In this document: one piece after another, positions 56,262 through 64,000 of the stretch
Position numbering within the stretch: position 1 is the first letter of the stretch
Layout of the letters: every line of letters begins with the position of its first letter
Assembly (NCBI RefSeq): GCF_009914755.1
Contig: NC_060926.1
Length of the DNA stretch: 64,000 nucleotides
Reading direction: 5' to 3' (one strand)
From: the human T2T-CHM13v2.0 reference genome, Homo sapiens
Position numbers and translations under genes: made by a program
The notes under the pieces: model-generated
Told to the model about the DNA's origin: nothing
What the model saw: the letters and a program-made list of their open reading frames with translations, nothing else
Databases searched by the model: none

Positions 56262-56595
56262 TGCTATGGGCTGACTGTTTGTGTTCTCCCAAATATATAT
56301 GTTGAAATCCTAACCCCTATGGGTGAGGCCTTTAAGAGGTGATTATTCATCATGAAAGAAATTAGTGCCTTTATAAAAGTGAGCCAAAAGATCCACCTTG
56401 CCCCTTCCACCATGTGAAGATACAGCAAGAGGGCACCATCCAAGAAGCAGAGAGCAAGCTCTCACTAGACGCTCAATCTGCCAGCACCTTGATTTTGGAC
56501 TTCCCAGCCTTCAGAACTCTGAGAAATAAGTATTTTTCGTTTATAAGACAATTGGTCTATGGCATTTGTTACAGTAGTCTTAATGGGCTAACACA
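56262..56595 (+). mobile_element. MLT1A-type MaLR solo LTR
   Basis: 'tgctatgggctgactgtttgtgttctccc...gttgaaatcctaacccc' ... 'gacttcccagccttcagaactctgagaaataa' ... 'ggctaacaca'; TSD atcac/accac. Confidence 0.85.
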
Positions 56596-56861
56596 ACCAC
56601 AAATAAAGACTTACAAAGCTATAATAATTAAGACTGTGGTGTTGGCATTAAGATGCATATATAAAACAGTGGAACACAAAAGAGAACACAGAGTAGACTC
56701 CCACCTAATGCTGTTTCTTGATTGAACACAAGGTGACACTGCAGTATGGTGGGGAAATGATGGTCTTTTTAATGAACGGTGCTGAGTGAATTGAATATCT
56801 GCACAGAAAAAGAAAATAAGACTGAATGTCTGGGTCCTGTAGGACCCTGAAGAAACTGAAA

Positions 56862-57268
<407 letters not shown>

Positions 57269-57530
57269 TTAGGTGAGTGGTGTAAACAAATATTTTACCA
57301 CCATGTAATGAGGCGGATCACTAGCTTTCTATCCTGTAGTATCTGGTTCTCAATATTCACTTCTCCATTTTCTCCTTCAGTAAACTCCACATTGTAAATT
57401 CTATTTCCTTACCATAATTCGTCTAATTATAAAGTTGAACTGAAGTAACAGAGAACTCCCTCTAAAACAAACAATACACTGGCTTAAATATATTATGCAT
57501 TTTACTTTTTCATCACATGTAAGTGATTAC

Positions 57531-58009
57531 TGCATTGGTCAGTTGTAGAAACAGAATCCATTCTTGTGACATAAAGTAGGAAAGAATTCATTAAAGAATA
57601 TTTTAATAGTGCATGGGATTGTGGGGGAGGTATAAGGAATTTACTCTAGGCAGAAATTCAAAGAACTGTCAAATTGCTACCTTGGAACTGATCTGCTAAG
57701 GGAAATGCTGCTAACTCATGCTTTAGACAACACAGTCTTGCTGTGACCAAGAGCTGCCACATCAGGAAGCCACTGCCAGCACTTCCAGTCCTAAAAGAAC
57801 CAAACCCCTCTGGTGACATGCTTCGTAGGAGTTCTGTTCTCCCAGCTTCATGCTGCTCACTTTCTCTCCCTGTTCTACATGCGTGCATCTGCCTGGTATA
57901 AGACAGTTAGTCTTGGAACCCTACCAGCAAGAGAGCTTAGGAAACATAATTCATTCTAGAAAAAAGTTGATATGAAAATTGAGTCAGCAAATCTAGAGCA
58001 TCTGCCTCA
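57531..58009 (-). mobile_element. Ancient MLT1-type LTR remnant
   Basis: 'cagttgtagaaacagaatccattct...aaagaattcattaaagaata' ... 'gcaagagagcttaggaaa' ... 'catctgcctca'; highly diverged. Confidence 0.45.
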
Positions 58010-58038
58010 GCTTCCATAATGTCCAAATTTATGTAATA

Positions 58039-58335
<297 letters not shown>

Positions 58336-59950
58336 AAATTTATGTAATAATACCACTTATTAAAATTTCTGTAATAATAAAAATGCCATTTATTAAGTAT
58401 CTACTTGGTGCCAGATGAAGCTAATTTATTTTTTCTAATACTTGCAGCTAATTTTTTTCATAGACAGAATTTAATATTCTCCTTCAAATAAAGATTTAAA
58501 AGACTAACAATTAAAACAACAATAAATTTTTAAAAAACTTGCCAAGTTCAAAAATCTAATTATTCAAAGCCAAAGTATAAAACCAGTTCTGTGTGGCTCA
58601 GGGAATGAGTTTCTATCTACCACTCCGGAATCTTCCAACACTAACATGGCATCTGTATAACTTAAGATTTTTTATTTGCAAATCTTAAGAGTTTACTTAG
58701 CGGAAGACTGAAACAAACTCAAGATGTTGGGAAAAGTTGTGTTCATTTAAGGAATGAATACAATTAATAAGAAACAATGACTGACATGATGCCTAAGTCA
58801 TTCAAAGGGAAAACACAAACAAACCCAAAAATATGAATGTTGACGCACTCACTGAGCCAGAATGTGAATGCAGTATTGCAGAAAGTTCTGACTCTATTTA
58901 ATTAATATGTGCTTTTGGCAAAATAAGTGAGGATTTGGCCCAAGATAATAGCTTAGACATCTGTGTACTAGGACCTCTGAGCAAGTGCTCCGTGTCATCT
59001 ATATTCAGCATCAGACAATTTTGTTATAATCAAGTTTTCTTGTCAGTCATGCAATTTAAAATATGACAAAAATAACCTTAAACAAATAGGACAATAATGA
59101 ATAAATCTGGAAACCATGTGCAAAAATACAATCCTGAACATCCATTACTCTTCTTACCTCATAGATGAAGCAAAACAAATATTCTTTGTCTTTATAAAAA
59201 GGAAATGGTAGAAAAAGTACCTAGATTTTAAATGTATGTACAAAAATGACAAGTAAGTGACATAGCATGCCCATCCAAAAAAATGAATGATTCTTAAGGA
59301 TCTTGCTTTTAATAAGGCTTAAGACCGCTAAGAAACTAAATAATGTAAAAATTTAGTGAAGGCCTTGAGATTTGGCTGAAATTTTAACTCAAGAACTTAC
59401 AGAACTTAATCAAAGCTGCCTTTGCACAAAAGCAGATTTACATTCCAAATGAAAGCATTCAGAGTACCTGAAATCAGAAGGCGAGAGGAAGAAGGAAACA
59501 AAAGGTCACCTTATATATCATCATTGCAGTGTTCTTTGCCTTCCTTCTTGCTCAGCTAAATCACAAAGAAAGATATTTGGCTCAGAAAATTCTATCATAG
59601 TTTAAGATGTAGAAGTAACACAAAGTGGATGTTACCAATATTCCTGGTAAATAAAAAATGGAAAAATTAACTTAAGTCAAAGTTTAATTACTATTAATGG
59701 AATTATTAATAGATGCAAGTTATAGTCATCTACAAACACATAGTTGTAACTTAGTGATGATAACTACAAATGATTAAAATATTTGAAACACATTTAGTGG
59801 CCTAATTTTATTTTTGGCTTAATATTAATCTTGTATGGATATCTGAGGTGAGCAAAAATATAATTTTTAACTATTGCTGTTAAGAATTTTTATTTACATT
59901 TAAATATGCAACAGCACTCTGATAGGTAATTTCTATACATGACCCTCTTC

Positions 59951-60087
59951 TTTTTTTTTTTCCTTTTTTTAGAGATGGGGTCTCTCTTTGTTGCCCAGGC
60001 TGGTTCAGAACTCCTGGGCTCAAGCAATCCTCCCACCTCGACCTCCCAAAGTTTTGGGATCACAGTGCTGAGCTACCACACCCAACC
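59951..60087 (-). mobile_element. FLAM_C free left Alu monomer
   Basis: Poly(T), then 'agagatggggtctctctttgttgcccaggctgg...ctcctgggctcaagcaatcctcccacctc...'; single monomer without BC200 diagnostics. Confidence 0.85.
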
Positions 60088-60149
60088 CTACTCTCTTTTT
60101 TATCTGGCCTTGAAATGTTACATATTCTCATAGCTTGCTAAAATGCCTC

Positions 60150-61312
60150 TTTATTTTCCAACTGATTTTTAACTCATCTGCCTGATAAAAACTTCAACAT
60201 TTGTATCTCCATGGAAACGTTTCCTAAGAATTCCAGTTTTCTTTAGCCAATGACGTACTTGACATCTGTGCTTGGATATATCATAATCATTTTAATCTCA
60301 GCATGTCTAAAGCTGATCTTCTAGTTTTCCCATGTAAATCTGATCTGTCCTTAGTTGTTCTTCCTCAAATGGGTATCACCTCATCCTTGCTTTCCTCACT
60401 CTACCTGCCCTCACATATCTGATCTATTAGAAGACCTCTCAGTGTTGCCTCTGTTTAATATCAAGTCCATCCACGTCTCTTTATCTTCACTGCCACTGAC
60501 TTAGCCCAACCTATTATAATCTCTTCTGTGGGTGACTGCACTGGACTCTTAACTTGTGTATGTGCCTGAAGAGCTCTTCCCACATATCCTTTATATTAGC
60601 CAGAGTGATTTTTAAACAGAACCATGTCCACACCCTTTTTAAAGTTTTTAGACTACAAGAAACAAACAAAAAAATGGCCTTAATACCCAACAGATCCTTG
60701 GATATTCTGGCCTCTTGTTAAGCCTCAGTTGTGTTTAAAGCAGTAGGAGGTGATATGGTTTGAATTTTTTTCCCCTTCAACTCTCATGTTAAATGTGATT
60801 CCCAATGTTGGAGGTGGGGCCTAGTGGGAGGTGACTGGATGGTGGGGGTGGATCCCTGGATCCCTTAGGAATAGTTTAGCATCATCCCTTTGGTGATAAG
60901 TGAGTTCTCACTCAGTTAGTTCATGACAGCTGGTTGTGTAAAAGAGTTCTGGAACCTCCCTCCTCTCACTCTCTTGCTCCTACTCTTGTCACATGATACA
61001 CCTGCTGCCCCTTCGCCTTCTGCCATGGTTGTAAGATCCCTTAGGCCCTCAGCAGAAGCAGATGCTGGTACCATGTTTCCTGTACAGCCTGCAGAATTGT
61101 GAACCCATTAAACATCAGTACTTTATAAATTACCCAGCCTCAGATATTCCTTTATAGTGAAGTAAATGGACTAACACAGCAAGTTTGGGAGTGGGGATAA
61201 CAGGAATAAGACTGAGGGGGGAAAATGCATGTTATTCCCTATCTATCTTAATGGCTAGCAAAGAACCAGGCAAATGATCTGATCTCAATAAATATAGAGG
61301 AGTAAATAAATA
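60150..61312 (+). mobile_element. L2 3' remnant split by MSTB
   Basis: 'ttgacatctgtgcttggata...atctcagcatgtctaaagctga' and 'ccagagtgatttttaaa'; terminal 'ctcaataaatat...gtaaataaata'. Confidence 0.65.
60751..61178 (+). mobile_element. MSTB MaLR solo LTR
   Basis: 'tgatatggtttgaat...cccaatgttggaggtggggcctagtgggaggtg' ... 'ataaattacccagcctcagatattcctttatag...ggactaacaca'. Confidence 0.9.
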
Positions 61313-62034
61313 AGAACCACCAAGAGGCAACCTTATCTAGTCATATTCAAAACCGAGGTTGTTGCTCTTTTAAATATCTGTACTGAATGATGATGATGAT
61401 AATAACAATAATGTAGTGTCCATTCATAGAGCATATTATATTCTTTCCTCTGCACAGTAATCCCATGAAGTCCATACTAGTTAATCTCTATATTTTTGAA
61501 AAACAAAGTAGACCCCTGAGAAATTAATATAAAGTCCTGTGGCTACTGGCAAAGCTGGGATTTGTCCCATGTTTGTTTGACTCCAAATCTCACGTTCTCA
61601 ATGTCTTCTTTTAGCAGCAATAATTGAAACAGCAGTTATTAAAAATCACAATAATATCAGTAAAAACTCTCAGAGTTCAAGGCGTGATATTAATCTAAAT
61701 TAGGTCTGTCATACTTTTATAAATTGTGTTGAATTTTTATTCATTAAGAGCAGCTATAATTTACTATCCATTATAAGGTTTAGGGTTTATTTAGAGACAA
61801 CGGCAACAATGTTTGGTATTCTTTGAATGTTCACAATATGTTTTTTCTGTAAATATTTCCACGTAGTAGTGGAGTTATATTTGTATTTTTAAAATATCAA
61901 AAATTTGGAAAGCACAAGTTCTCAGCAGTTTTCAGGAAGAAATTATAGGAATTAGATTTAATATGTGATGACAATAGAAATAACTGAGATAACGTGTATG
62001 TGGCTAACACTGACATTCAGTGTCTTCATGACAG

Positions 62035-62200
62035 GCAGCCTGAAATAATGGAAAGGACCCAGAAATTAAAGAAGACTGACCTGGATTTGAATACTGCTCT
62101 AAGATTTTTTTTAGAAGTGTCAATTTAGGCAAAATTTTGTCTTCTATGAATCTCAAATATCCTCATGTGTGAAACTGTGATAATAATACCTAACATCTAG
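62035..62200 (+). mobile_element. MIR
   Basis: 'gacctggatttgaatactgctct...aggcaaa...ctcaaatatcctcatgtgtgaaactgtgataataatacct'. Confidence 0.6.
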
Positions 62201-63577
62201 TGACTTTTAAAGACCGGAAATATTTTTCATTATTACCATTATTGTCATTATCAGTACCAGCACCACCATCATCCTCAATAGCACAAACAAGAAACGTTTT
62301 TGTCTCTTTTTCCTTCAAAGTATCTTCTTTGCTTTGTCCTTTTTTTAGTCTTTTTTATTCTCTTAGGAAAACAACAAAGGTGTTAAGATTGATTACATAC
62401 TTTGCTTTTCCTCCTGGCCACCATTTGTCACTGTTGTAAGTAAATAGCAAAATAAAATCTCTTATTAAATGAAATTCCATACAAATCCCACACAGCCTGT
62501 ACTTGTAGGAAAAAAGAAAGGTCTCTTCTTTAGGTGTCTAGATTTTATCTTTCTCTGTAAATCAATAGTTACCTATATATACCATTTGCCAATCCTAGAC
62601 ATCATCTTGTATTTACATAGTATAGAAAGTCTGCATTACATGCCAAACACTTTAAGCAGGCTTCCAATTTATTATATAGAAAACCATCTTATTCAGTCCT
62701 GCTACTGTTCAGCCAACTACTATATCACTACAACAGAAATCTAATTAAGACTTTGACAAACACAATTTAGAACTATAATTCAAAACTATAATTAAAAGGT
62801 TTAAATGCAAAGAAAGTGATTTTTGGTATTAAATGTAAATGGCATTTTAATTCAAAGAATTCATCAGTTTGGAAGTTAATGCAATTAATGAAGCAAGAAA
62901 TAAGATGCAAATCCAAAAGTTTATATTCTTTTGCCTAGGTGGCTGCCCTAGGCAAACCCTAAAGAAGAATCAAAGCCCATTACAGCCATAAGTAAGAATT
63001 GGACATGTGCTTCCTTTAGATGGTTATGTATAGTAAAATAGTCTGAAAAGGACTTCCTTAACAAGAGGTACATTCCGTTGAATGTATATATGTGTACATG
63101 GGAATGTGTACATAAATTAATGTTAGGGAAACAAATTAAATTGTTGAAAGTATACAATTAATATTATCATTTTTATTAAGAAAACGTAGCCTCTTCAGTG
63201 ACCTAAAATTCAAGAATAAAAATCTAGAATATTACTTAAAAAAAGGAGAAAGCCCTTGGAAATTTTTAAATCTTGAAAAATTATATTGCCATTCTGAGCA
63301 AATGATTATACATATGTTAATAATATGATAATGTTCTACTTTTATAGTATATATAATAAATCTGTCAGAGAAAAACATGCATCATTTTCTATTTACCTCC
63401 TATAGGAAAGTATCCACATTTAGTTCTTAACTCACTATACTAGTGACCATCAAATCAACTGTTAACGTATTAATTTATGTCACTTTTAAAAATAAACAAA
63501 AGTGGTATTTTCTCTGAAAAATTATTTAAAATATAGCACATTAGTATAGTTCATACACTAATCTGATGGTCTGAGTT

Positions 63578-64000
63578 TGTGATGAGTAACCTTCTTAACT
63601 ATCTCCCAAATATCTTTGTCTTCTGGTATTCACACTATTATGGAATCCTCTTTTCTCTACTGCAGGCAGGGCCTAATTATTGCTTCCAATGATTAGATAA
63701 GAGCAAAAATGATGGAATGTATCTTCTGAGATTAGGTTGTAAAAACTGTAACTTCTTTTCTGGCTGGCGTTCTTTCTTGCTCTTGTGTGCTTTCCCTGAT
63801 TAATTAATTTGTATTAATCTATGAATTCCATGGCAAGGAACTTAGGTGGCCTCTGGCCAACCATCAGCAAAAAACAGAATCTCTGAGTCCGAAAGTCTTT
63901 GAGAAACTGCATCCTTCCAGCAGAAGCTTAAGTGAGCTCAAACTCTTCCTATTCAGGTCTTCGAATGAGACTGCAGCCCTGGCTAACTCCCGTATTGCAG
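63578..64000 (+). mobile_element. MLT1F-like MaLR LTR, running off the window end
   Basis: 'tcttctggtattcacac', 'cttctgagattaggttgtaaaa', 'ccatggcaaggaact...ggcctctggccaac', 'gagactgcagccctggct'. Confidence 0.75.

Noticed and set aside
59951-60087. Second BC200 copy
   Set aside because: It lacks the BC200 diagnostic blocks and fits an ordinary diverged FLAM_C.

Overview
AT-rich primate (almost certainly human) non-coding DNA, either intergenic or deep intronic. Human origin is inferred from an AluYb8 and from an L1 carrying the ACG 3'UTR diagnostic. I find no cellular protein-coding exon, rRNA, tRNA, CRISPR array or CpG island. The recognisable protein-like ORFs are L1 ORF2 fragments or decayed Tigger4 transposase; the rest look like repeat-derived or chance ORFs. 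The window is a dense record of mobile elements: about 10 Alus, several L1s, about 14 solo LTRs (ERV1, ERVL, MaLR and one HERV-K-type), a near-full-length Tigger4, MER2/MER58/MER5 and MIR/L2 remnants. Points of most interest: (1) a young, tail-less retrocopy of BC200 RNA with a perfect TSD (32107-32277); (2) a 37-bp inverted templated copy linking a complex tandem duplication (4190-4321) to an insertion/deletion inside an LTR8 1.3 kb away; (3) a young twin-primed L1 with ~1 kb lost at the inversion, creating a 365-aa chimeric ORF; (4) a second twin-primed L1 into which a MER11D-type LTR later integrated; (5) an LTR9-type LTR with three octamer motifs inside an LTR cluster; (6) two unexplained ~70-75 nt hairpins. 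I see no evidence for a wholly new biological system. Repeat subfamily names come from recalled consensus sequences and need RepeatMasker/Dfam confirmation.
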